From positions 20,460,001-20,524,000 of the forward strand of contig NC_090352.1 of assembly GCF_035084215.1 (NCBI RefSeq): a stretch of 64,000 nt of DNA, given 5' to 3'. Numbering within the stretch: position 1 is the first letter of the stretch; each line of letters opens with the position of its first letter. Made by a program: the position numbers and the translations under genes. Shown here piece after piece: positions 25,701 to 37,700 of the stretch. The notes under the pieces were generated by a model that saw only the letters and a program-made list of their open reading frames with translations, was not told the DNA's origin and searched no databases. This DNA comes from Heptranchias perlo. Its lineage: Eukaryota.

Positions 25701-28700
25701 TTGGTTATCAAACAGGAAGCAGAGAGTTGGGATAAATGGTTCATTTTCGGACTGGCAACCAGTAACCAGTGGTGTTCCACAGGGGTCGGTGCTGGGTCCC
25801 CAACTCTTTACAATCTATATTAACGATTTGGAGGAGGGGACCGAGTGCAACATATCAAAATTTGCAGATGATACAAAGATGGGAGGGAAAGTAGAGAGTG
25901 AGGAGGACATAAAAAACCTGCAAGGGGATATAGACAGGCTGGGTGAGTGGGCAGAGATTTGGCAGATGCAATATAATATTGGAAAATGTGAGGTTATGCA
26001 CTTTGGCAGGAAAAATCAGAGAGCAAGTTATTTTCTTAATGGCGAGAGACTGGAAAGTACTGCAGTACAAAGGGATCTGGGGGTCCTAGTGCAAGAAAAT
26101 CAAAAAGTTGGTATGCAGGTGCAGCAGGTGATCAAGAAAGCCAACGGAATGTTGGCTTTTATTGCTAGGGGGATAGAATATAAAAACAAGGAGGTATTGC
26201 TGCAGTTATATAAGGTATTGGTGAGACCGCACCTGGAATACTGCATACAGTTTTGGTCTCCATACTTAAGAAAAGACATACTTGCTCTCGAGGCAGTACA
26301 AAGAAGGTTCACTCGGTTAATCCCGGGGATGAGGGGGCGGACATATGAGGAGAGGTTGAGTAGATTGGGACTCTACTCATTGGAGTTCAGAAGAATGAGA
26401 GGCGATCTTATTGAAACATATAAGATTGTGAAGGGTCTTGATCGGGTGGATGCAGTAAGGATGTTCCCAAAGATGGGTGAAACTAGAACTAGGGGGCATA
26501 ATCTTAGAATAAGGGGCTGCTCTTTCAAAACTGAGATGAGGAGAAACTTCTTCACTCAGAGGGTGGTAGGTCTGTGGAATTTGCTGCCCCAGGAAGCTGT
26601 GGAAGCTACATCATTAGATAAATTTAAAACAGAAATAGACAGTTTCCTAGAAGTAAAGGGAATTAGGGGTTATGGGGAGCGGGCAGGAAATTGGACATGA
26701 AGCTGAGTTCGGATCGGTCAATGCCCTGTGGGTGGCGGAGAGGGCCCAGGGGCTATGTGGCCGGGTCCTGCTCCGACTTCTTGTGTTCTTTAGATTTGTG
26801 GTTGGGATCAGATCAGCCATGATCTTATTGAATGGCGGAGCAGGCTCGAGGGGCCGATTGGCCTACTCCTGCTCCAATTTCTTATGTTCTTATGTTCTTA
26901 TGTCCTCGAGACCCTGCGGGAAAAGGAGATGGTGGATCATGTCGGTTGGTTCCCCGAGCAGACTGTCAATGTCATTTGGCAGAACGCCTCATCGCCAGAG
27001 CTTTCAAACAAGCACCAAGACCTGGCTTGGCTGCTGGTGAGAAGGGCCCTTCCCGTCAGATCCTTCATGCACTCCCGGACTCTCAGCGCCACCGCGCGCT
27101 GTCCCCGAGGAGGATGCGGTGGAGACGAGGCCGTCACCCATCTCCTTCTGGAATGTGCCTTTGCAAAGAAGGTCTGGAGAGAGATGCAGTGGTATCTGTC
27201 CAGGTTCGTCCCGAGCAGTTCCGTAACACAGGATTCTGTGCTCTACGGGCTGTTCCCGGGGACGCACACTGAGACGGACATCAACTGCTGCTGGAAGACC
27301 ATCAACTCGGTGAAAGACGCCCTTTGGTCTGCCCGAAACTTGCTGGTCTTCCAGTGCAAGGAGCTGTCCTCGACTGAGTGTTGCAGACTGGCACATTCCA
27401 AGGTCCAGGGTTACGTGCTGAGGGACGCACTGAGGAAGGGTGCAGCCGCCGCAAAGGCACTGTGGGGAAAGGCAACCGTTTAGAGCCTTCCCACCATTGT
27501 ATACCGAGGGGCTGCAATCAGGGAAAAACCCCCTCGGGCAGAATGTAAAATTCAAATTGATGTAATGTACCCGTAATAAATCTGTAATGAATCACCTGTA
27601 TTGATTGTGATGCAATGAGGCACCCTAGAGTGTCATGAACTGTAATTATGTCCAATGTGTTTCATTGAACTTTACTTGATGTAACCTGCAAATTGCATAA
27701 TCTATATTGTGTACGTTTGGAATGTGATATGACAACTGTATTGTATGTACTGCTGCAAATTTTATGAATAAAGTATATTTTTTGAAAAAAAAAATTCACT
27801 TACTGTGTGAAAATTGGATACCACTTTTGCCAACAGTGACTGTACTTCAAAGGTCATCCATTGGCTGTAAAGCACTTTGGGACATCCTGAGGCTGTGATA
27901 TGGTGCTATATAAATGCAAGTTCTTTCTTAATTCCCCTCTTAGTAAAGAGGGAGAAATGTGCATTTATGAAGCGTCTTTATCGCGTCCTCAGGATGTCCC
28001 AACGTATTTCACATCCAATGAATTACTTTTGCAATGTATTGCAGTAGCCAATTTGTGCACAGCAAGATCTCACAAACAGCAAATGAGATGAATGACTGGT
28101 TAATCAGTTTTTGCTGGCAAAAGTTAAGGGGGAGCTAATGAACAAGATACTGGAGAATTCCCTGCTTTTCTTTAAAGTGTTATGGGATCTTTTATATTCA
28201 CTGAACAAGCAGATGGTTTTAACATCTCATTTGAAAGATGACACCTCCGACAATGCAATACACCCAACGTCTCCCTTCTCCTTAGCCCAAAGACATTGAT
28301 ATTAATTGTAATGCTTTTTGTCTAGTTAACATATGCTATCACATTATGAGTACATTTACATACTGAGACAACAGAGAACCCAGCATGGAATTGTAGGCAA
28401 GTACAGAGCAATTTCAACATTTTTATATTTCTACGGTTCGACCTTTGTCTTTTCCAATTGGAAAAACTATTTTGCTCAATTGGATTAACCAACAGAACAT
28501 AACTTCTAAATTTGCAGTAAAAGAGTAGACCACCTACTTTGCATAGATGACTTTGGCCACACAGTCTCGTCTCGTCCCACACTCTATTTTAGAGCATGGC
28601 TTTTTAAAGATCTGTTGCCGTCTGCCTGCTTTAATAGTGCGAACTCTGAGCTGTTCCAAAAAGTCCTCCTCAGAAACCTTCAGTAGATTTGCTGTCGTCT

Positions 28701-31700
28701 TAAGAGAGCCTGAAGGAATAAGCGATTCTTATTTGTAGAGTAGCCCAAAAATCAGAAAACGACATATTGATTATTCCCACTGCCAGGAGGAAAATTCGTG
28801 TCAACACAAACCAAACAGTCTGCATTTTTTTTTGAAGTTGAATACTATATAACCAAATTAATTAATGAAAAAAAAGTAAAAAGTCGAGCTACTAGCCTGT
28901 AACTGCTAGGAATTTATCAAACCACAACTTCCTTAGAATTCATAGAAATATTTTTTTTTTAAATCAATACTCCACTTGATTTTTCTTACTCTTAGCTTTT
29001 TCTTTGAGATCACATGGGTGAGACTCATCTGTTGGAGAGCTGAACCGCACATTGCCAAGATGTAGAAGGCCAACTAGAATCTATTGGAAAAGAAAAGCAA
29101 AAAAAGTTACAAAAAAAATAGCAAGAATTGTGCCGATGAGCACTTTAACATATAGATCAAAATTGTTTTTGTCTGCCTATGTAACACATTGCCCCCAAAA
29201 ACCTGTTTCCATCATTTCACACATTCACTTTTATAAAACGGTTTAAATTGCTGGCTCCAGTTATTAGGTAGTGTTACAATCAGGAAAACTATACTTGCCA
29301 TTAAACATTTTACAGCTCAAAGTCCATGTTGTAGAAAGTAAAAGCTTGTAACATATGATGAAACCACATACACACACTCACAAAGCTTCAGTCTTTCACC
29401 TGGATTCTTCTTCACCTCCCCCACATTTAATTATTATGTATTATGCCTACATTTAAAAATAGTTATCCCCTTCCAAACTATATGCAATTCCCCCTTCAAA
29501 TTATACATGGTTTCAATTTTACTATCGATCTGTTTTTTTTAGGAACGGTATAATAGCATTTCTCATCTGTCATGTCACACTTCTGATTGGCTTAAATTTA
29601 ATATTCAGCAAATCAGAACTCAGTACTTACAGAATGCATTAATAGTGACCAAACCAGCAATAAATCAACCAAAAGCTACCAATAAAACAAAACAAATAAA
29701 TAACTCACTATTTTTTTTCCAATATTTGTCACCTTTCTTCAAGAAAAATATATTTTGCTTAAAATTTAATGAAGAAAATACACAATCCAGGACAATGGAA
29801 TTAAACTACATGTCAAATTCACTTTTATATCTTTCAGTATCTTTTATAAGGTTTTTATTTGCATTCCTGTTCATAGCTGAGACTTTAGTTCACCTTCAAT
29901 GCTGGACTGCATCTATCTTTTGTGGCCCTTTTAACCTTTTTTCTCCTGGCTTACCCTCTCCCGACTACCCACAAGACCCAGCTCAGCATTTCCACCACTC
30001 TAAATCTTAGTTTCTCCTGACCTCTGCCTTCCTCACCTGCTGCTCCTGACCTCGACCCGGTTTCATTTTGTGAACTGAAGTGGCCTCAGAACTGAATCCT
30101 GTGGAACACCATTACCCATTTCTAACCATTCTGAAAACCTGCCCTCAAATCCTAGTCTGCTTTCTTCCTTCTAACTAATTCTTATTCCAGTTGGCTATCC
30201 TCCCCCTATTTCCACATTCCCTAATCTTCTGTAATAATCTCCTGTGTGGTACCCTCTGACCTTGGACCAAGAGCAGTAGCACTTTACCAATCAACCAGGT
30301 TTTACAAACTTTAACTATCCCACTTACTATGAGCTATAAAAAGGAACACTCTACCATCTTTACTCTGGAGCAGGGAGCACTGAGCTGATTCAAAGCAGGA
30401 GACTCCACTCAAAACTTTAAAGCAACTTCTTGCCTCTTCTTCCAGTGCACAGATTTGAATTGTTTTTTTCACTTGGAGAGAAAAAATTAAACTTGTCTTG
30501 GATAAGAGGCAGCTTTCAACAATAATTTCACAAAATGCTCTTAAAAAAAATTCCTATAATAAATGCTACCGTACAAATAATGAAGTGGTTAATGAATTAA
30601 TATTCTATTTGAAGATAAAATCCTCCTTAATTTTTTTAAAAAAGATAGAAATTGCAAAGGGTCATGGTTCACTTACTCTGAACACCTGGTCTTGTGTGCC
30701 ACTGTCAATACCCAGATGTAGCATTGCATCTTTGGTTTCTTCAAATTGGTCCTCTGCACAGCAACATAAGAGATTCAAATAATTGGACTGATATTTTGAT
30801 AGCTAGCTACGATATACGCACAAACCATGAAACTTCCCTAGTATGCTAATTTTCTTCCCCCTCCTCAGTTTTCTTCCCATTTCTCCCAGATGGTCATTTA
30901 GTCACTAAACTGGCCAAGTGTGTTACTTAGAACTCTGCCCCATGAATTGACTGGCAGAATTACAGCATGCACAAGACACACTGGTAAAAATCACATAATA
31001 AATAAGGTGGAATGTCAGCCTTCAAAAAAAGATAGTCACAGGTGTAACATTAGTAGGAGTAAAATGACACTTTTTCAATGGGGTACTTGTGGGAGGAATC
31101 GGTAACCTATCTCGTAGTAAATAAAAACAGTTTCAAAGAGTGCAGCCGTGGTCACATACTTTACTAAGTCAGAAGCAGAGAACCGTGAAGACTAGGATGG
31201 TTCCAGGTTCAATTCTTGGACTGTGCTGAGTTAGCGACACTGAACAGGGGCAGTAATCCAGGTGCTACAACTGGCCTCAATATCACAGATTTAGGGAAGA
31301 GAAAAAAAAAATCATTCAGGGCTCCAATTCAGGGATAGCTATCAGCAACCCCAGCTGGAAATGCACATGTATGTATGTTGGGTGAGGGCAGGATCAAACA
31401 TATGATGCCCCCCTGGCCAAATACTCTGCTGAACCTCAATGTTTAGGCTCTCCCTGAAGGACATCTGTATCCCAGCAAGGAGTCAATGGCTTGAGGAAAG
31501 AACGGGAAGGGAGAGAATTGGTGAAGAAGAAAAAGTTTATTTACAATTCCTTAGAGTTCTAGACATGTGATGTACTATATAAATATGCAAATTCTTTCTT
31601 TCTTTCTTTCTTTCATTCAAGGTGTGACTTGCTCGTTGGTAAATTAAACCGATGATCTCAGGCCATCGTTACGTGCAGGAATTGGGCTGTGTGGTGCAGA

Positions 31701-34700
31701 GGGACAGGCTAGCATAAACACAGCTCCACCTCATCAGTTTCAATAATACATCACGCATTACATGGTAGAACGCTCCCGTCGGTATAAAACGGGGCATCAT
31801 CCAACTTACTGTGAGCAATGCTGAAGAGCTGCTACTGTATTAATAAATCTGTAAATATATTGTACTTAAAGAATTAGAGTATTCTTGGATCACCTGCTTT
31901 CAAAAGCAGTGTTGGACAGAGTTTGGCAATCTTGCTAACCTTCTAAAGTCTTTTCAGCATTTGGTAACCAGAAAAACTCTGCTGCTTCAGGAATGTCCCA
32001 CTCTAACCTCTGCTCCTCAGTGGATCCTTTCACTACCTGAGGAAAAGTAACATTAGTTAAAGTTCTGACATTCAGAGTATTGCTGAATCAGTGGCTTCAA
32101 TACAACATGGAGAAGTCATCCAGGAGAGTAGCAAAGTAATTTAACTTTCCCACTACCTCCATTATTGTTTGTCCCACATTAGAACCCTCCGCCCAAGTAT
32201 GTTAGCAATAAACTTCTGGTGCTGCAGCAATGCAGGCCAAAACTCTCTTTTTGATGTCCTAAATGCAATCTTTGAAAAGGGAAGGTCTTGTAAGCTTTTT
32301 AGCAGCTGTGTGGTAAAAGTACAGATGCTGGGTTTGTAAAGGACGTTGAATGTCTGCAGAGCTCTTAAAATGAAAATTGACTATCACTTCCAACACAGCT
32401 GCAAGTACTGAGGCTGTTTTGGATCAGAATAGCTGATTTGAGTGGGCTATCCAACCAAAAGACCAGGATTCAAAACAGAAGTCAATTTTTCCTTAGCTTG
32501 TTAAATTTTATGATGTGGTGGTATTAGAACTTATGATCATATCCTATGTTTCTGTTTGGTTTTAGACATGGCAAAAGCTGCCAATCTAGAAAGTGTTTCA
32601 CGAAAAACAGTATCTTTTCCTCTGTAACTGGGGATTGTCAGATAGAATAAATAACGATTACAAAGCAAGTGCTTTTTTGAAGAAAGAAAACTGCAAGCTA
32701 AGTCCCCACTTATACTAGTGTCTTTCCAAGATTCCAGTGTAAACCTTCAAAATTAACCTAAACTGGTGTCAGAAGCTTATCCATGGATGCCAGTTCTGGT
32801 TTTATAGCTCCAAGGTAAACCAGCAAGAAGATTGTCATCAGTTTAAATAAGAAGCAACTAGAAAACTGCAAATCTGAAACAAAAACAGAAGATGCTGGGA
32901 TCACTCTGCAAGTCAGACAGCATTTGTGGAGAGAACAGGCAAGTTAACCCTTCATCAGTGTTATAATATTAACTTGCCTGTTCTCTCCACAGATGCAGCC
33001 TGACCTGCTAAGTGTTTCCAGCATTTTGCTTTTGTTTTAACATAAATGTTTCAAAGTATGCCACATCCTGGCATAAATCCCCACATCTAGAGTTGGGATT
33101 TCTTTTCCTACTCTCCCGCTATATGCTGTAGTATGAAATGTGGCAGAATTTATTCTAACTGGTTTATTAGCCCTGTTCCAACATCCCACCAACATTTTCA
33201 ATAGAAATTCCGAGTTATATTAGAATCCACTAAATCTAACTTACTTGATAAAAAATGTGAAAATTTCTTTCAGAAGGAGCTTGATAGGCAACTCGTGTTT
33301 TCTCCAACAGGTAAGTCTGTACAGAGGCCCCCTCCAACTGCTGTGACCTGGAAAACAAAGCATCTATAGCACTGATTGTCAGGAAAACTGAAGAAAAAGA
33401 TTCTGGTTGCACAGGAGCGGGACCAAAATAGGCAGCACCAGGAACAAGTCTGTAAGGTGTTCAGCAAACTGAACAGGTGCAGAAATTTCAGAATTTACTT
33501 TGCCCAAGTGATCATTCCCCACACATAATCTTCAATAGTGTGTGTCAAGCAGGCTATTTTGCCACAAAGGACATCATGACCAAGGAAAATCTCATCTTCA
33601 ACTTACTTCTACACATGTACACTTCCAGAAAGAGTTATTTCTAGATGGGGAGCAGGAAGCTTGGCTGATCTTTACCTCCCTAACTCACTGGCACATTAGG
33701 TCAATTATAGTGTCACTTAATAGATCAGCTAACTCAGCACAGATCGGAATCAAACATTGGACCTTCTTTATCTGCTTGGTTCAGCTACTAACTGGACAAA
33801 CTGTATCAGGGGAGTATAGTCATCTAAATGACAATGTCATTTCTAACATTTGTATTATAACCATGCATCAATAAAATAAGGAATGGGCTTATACCACGGC
33901 AAGTATTATTTTTTTGAAAATGATTCTCTCTAAATCTTTTAAAGAATTTAAGAGCAGATTGAATAAGTGCATACACAGCTGATCTGTAAAACTACCTGTT
34001 TAGCTGCAGTTGGATGTATTTTCCAAATCGGCTGCTGTTGTGATTCCGTAGTGTGCAAGCATTTCCTGTGAAACAGTAAATAATGTTGGTAGCCAACTAC
34101 TTCATTTTATGCTCTCTTTAGCAATTCTCACTTCCAGTTTCTGAAAGTCTTCTAATTTCATGCGCAAGGTTCATTTAACAAAAATCGGAATGGAGCAACC
34201 CTTCAATCTTAAAAAAAATTGAATACAAGTTGAATTGAAAATATCCAATTTTACAGAGAGATGCAGCATCTTAAATTGGCCAGGCCGCACCACAAAAACT
34301 GAGTGGCTCAGTAGAGCAGAACTTGGCCATTTATTAGTGGGGATTAGCTTTGAATTACATTTAGTATCAGATAATAAGAACCAGAATAAGAAGTTTGTTA
34401 TCCTAACTCTGTTCTCAGGAAGCTCAATCACACAGTCCACATGACAACATGAATTGCGCAATTACATTAAGGTGGTATTCGTTCATGGGATGTGGGCGTC
34501 GCTAGCGAGGCCGGCATTTATTGCCCATATGGCTCATGTATTGAGGGTGCTGTTTAAAGAGGGTATAAACAATATATTTTAAACAGTCGAACACTGAATT
34601 CCACATAACAAGTCTTAACCCTGGCATGGGAACGCCCTGTGGGAACTAAGAAAGCATTAAAAAAGTTGGGCAAGTAGTCCTCGGTACAATTATTCTATGA

Positions 34701-37700
34701 GCGTGGTAGCTTAAGGACTTTTTTTTTTGAAAAAGTCATACCAGGAAGCTGGGCTGCACACTTGTCTTTTAATTTTCACAGTCCAGGCATGGTTAAAACC
34801 CAGGTGCTGGGGTCAATTCATAGCCAGACATAGGAGATGAAACTTTTCTTGTATCCCAAGTGAAATGACCTGACAGTTCTTCATGGTTATTAGTCCATTA
34901 TTTGGCAGTTTTAGAGGGCCCATAAAACCGCTGGTGTAGGAAGCAGAAATATCACGGTGATACTACGTGGGGTACTCTTCAGATAGTAAGGTTAACTGCA
35001 TTGTTGGGCATATAGGCAGCTTTATTCTGACTCCAATCCATATTATCCATGACAAGGAATGTTTCACAGTCAAAATCCTTATTCTCAGATCCCCTCACTC
35101 CCTCCCTACTGTTGCAAGCGGTTTGAGCTTTACGTCCCTGTCTCTCCAATCTTCAAACCCCAGTCTACTCCACATTCCACACTCCCTTTATTCCACCATC
35201 GGTGGCAGACCCTTCAGCCGTCGTACCTCCACACTCTGCAATTTTCTCCTTAAACCACTGATCTTATATCTCTCCCCACCTTTGAATCCTCCTTAAAAGT
35301 TATTTCTTCAATAGTGCCTTTGATATCTTCCTCATGTCTCTTGTTCCTAACTTCCTAAAGCTATAGCTTATTAAGGCGAGGTGTAATTGCACTAGGAATT
35401 ATTTGCCCTACCTCTGCCCCTCCACCCCTGCATTGAGTCAACATGAAGCACTCCTAAGACCAAGGTTAATACCCGTTACATAAAATTAAGAGCTGCATTC
35501 ATAAATGCAAGTCCACTGACAAAATGTATTACATCTTCAAGTAGTTCCATTCAATCTAACAAATACTGTTCTTTGTATAGTTAAATGTTGAGAATCATGA
35601 AGACACAGATAAATTACCAACAACAAGGCTGACACCTGCAAAATTGGGTTGTAACAGTGACAAAATGCCAGCATTAATCACAGCTGCACAAACTCATCCA
35701 TTTGAAACACTATTATCTCCCCTCCAGAATCATGGTTTTAAGACATCTACAAATTATTCATGTGCACTTCCTTTTGGTCTTAGTATTGTTTAACTGGTCT
35801 CTGCTAATTACAGTGCAGTGGTTTATACATACAAACTGACCGGCTTTTCATCCATAGCATAATGGCCTCCATGAAACATATTGCCACTGTTTTCATTGGC
35901 TTTAACTCCATATCTTTTGTACTGCTCAACAAACCTACTTCCAGACTTTACCAAAATATATTATTGGTAAATTTGTTTTCCTAGAATATCGATAAAATGG
36001 ATTTTTATTAATTTCATTCCTTTGTTATTTTTCTTCTTTCCCCGTTTTAATTTTTTTTCTCTACCTCTTCCACCACCCCACCCACCCAACCACAATTCTC
36101 TCTGTGGCACGCATCATTATTTGACCATAAGAGTGCGCACGCACCCTGTTCCATTACTTCGGCCATTACTTACTGATGTTCTGCAGTAGCCCACCAGGTG
36201 GTGCACAAGAGTCAATCTAGGATTTGTCGACTGATTTCTTTAAATTAATCGCACTAGGGAAGCAGCCTCTTGTTCATCTCAAATGAATTGGCCGAGATGG
36301 CAACTCATCATATTGCAAATTGTGGACACAAATTTGTGGACCAGTTTGTGGCATGTACACTGCCAAATGAACAAGACACACTGCCTCAAACTAATTTTTA
36401 AAATGATGCTACTTGGGCTGTTCACTCTAGATCGGTATATTAACAATCTAAATGTCTTCAAATCTAACACTGCCATCTCCTGATTATTCTGTAATTTTAT
36501 TGAAGATTTTCCAACTGCTAAGATTGTGGTTTCTGATCAGCTGAAAGTGCTGTTGCACAGAATAAGCCAGAACTTCACTTGAAATGGTAAATTTCACAAA
36601 AATGCAATGCAAATGAATCCCTATGGTGATTCCTAGTTCTCTCACGGGGGATGTGCTGTTTTCAGCTTGCTCGTGTAAAATTTATGATAAAAGGCTAGTA
36701 ATATTGTTTTAAAATGTGACTATTTAAAGCTGTATTTTGATTGTTACAAACTAAACTCTGATTATGGGAATTGCTATGGGCGTTCCTTGTAACAGTTTTA
36801 TGGAGGAGGAAGAGCAGGGGGTTTGCTTACACCAGAGGCGGACTGTCCACACTCATCCTTACCCACATAGCTGCGTGTGTGACCCAGACATATCTAACTT
36901 GCAATGTCTAAGGGTGCATTTGCAGACTCTTTCACCAGGGAGGCAGTGACAGAATTGTGCCGTCTGCTGGAATTTGAGCTGCAACCACCAACCACAGGAA
37001 CCGCACTGCCAGTGGCAGTGAAGGTCACCACAGTACTGAACTTATGCCTCTGGTTCCTTCCCAAGTTATCTCAGAGAACATCGGCCACATCAATGAATCT
37101 GCATCGCACAGACAGATATGTTAAACCAGTATCTAATCACTTAATGTGATCAATATGATGCGAGTATTAGTGGGGCCACTTCTTCTGGTTAGTAATTAGA
37201 CTTAAGATTCCAAATTATAATATAAAAGGAATATTTCATCCTGGGTAGTCAATCAAAATATTTCACTAAATTCTCAAACTGGCAGGACATTCAATTTAAT
37301 AAAAACAGAAAGCTTTGTTACCAAATGCCTCCATCACAGGATTGGAGTCTAGTACCCTCTTTTCTATCCTTTCTACATTTTCTTGGCACTTTACAGAAGT
37401 GGACGAGGCAGCAACAGTGGCAAAGTAGTTCATAAGGCACCGAGATGTCCAGGTCTGCAAAAGGGAAATTTCATCAATAGGCATGGCTATAAAGGTTAGA
37501 AACTGGTTTCTGTTGAAAGTTTCCATTATGGATCTTGAAAACATGGTCATCTGTAACGAGTAAGCATTTTTGCTTGATTGTGTCTTGGTCATTTTCCTAT
37601 CTTGTAATTTTAACAGAAAAATTGTGTGCCCAAATGCTGGCGCACTTAAAATGCTGGTTTTCATGGAGTGATCAGAGATTTGCAACCAAAATACTATTGA

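Larger units (their letters stand above)
24900..27930 (+). mobile_element. DeuSINE-type SINE split by the Tx1 insertion (24900-25156 and 27795-27930)
   Basis: tRNA-like head TGGCTCAGTTGGTAGCACTC at 24902; the body resumes after the Tx1 poly(A) and ends GCTATATAAATGCAAGTTCTTTCT. Confidence 0.85.

Noticed and set aside
25147-27555. Many overlapping ORFs (98-183 aa) on both strands
   Set aside because: Shadow frames of the GC-rich Tx1 and CR1 coding sequence.
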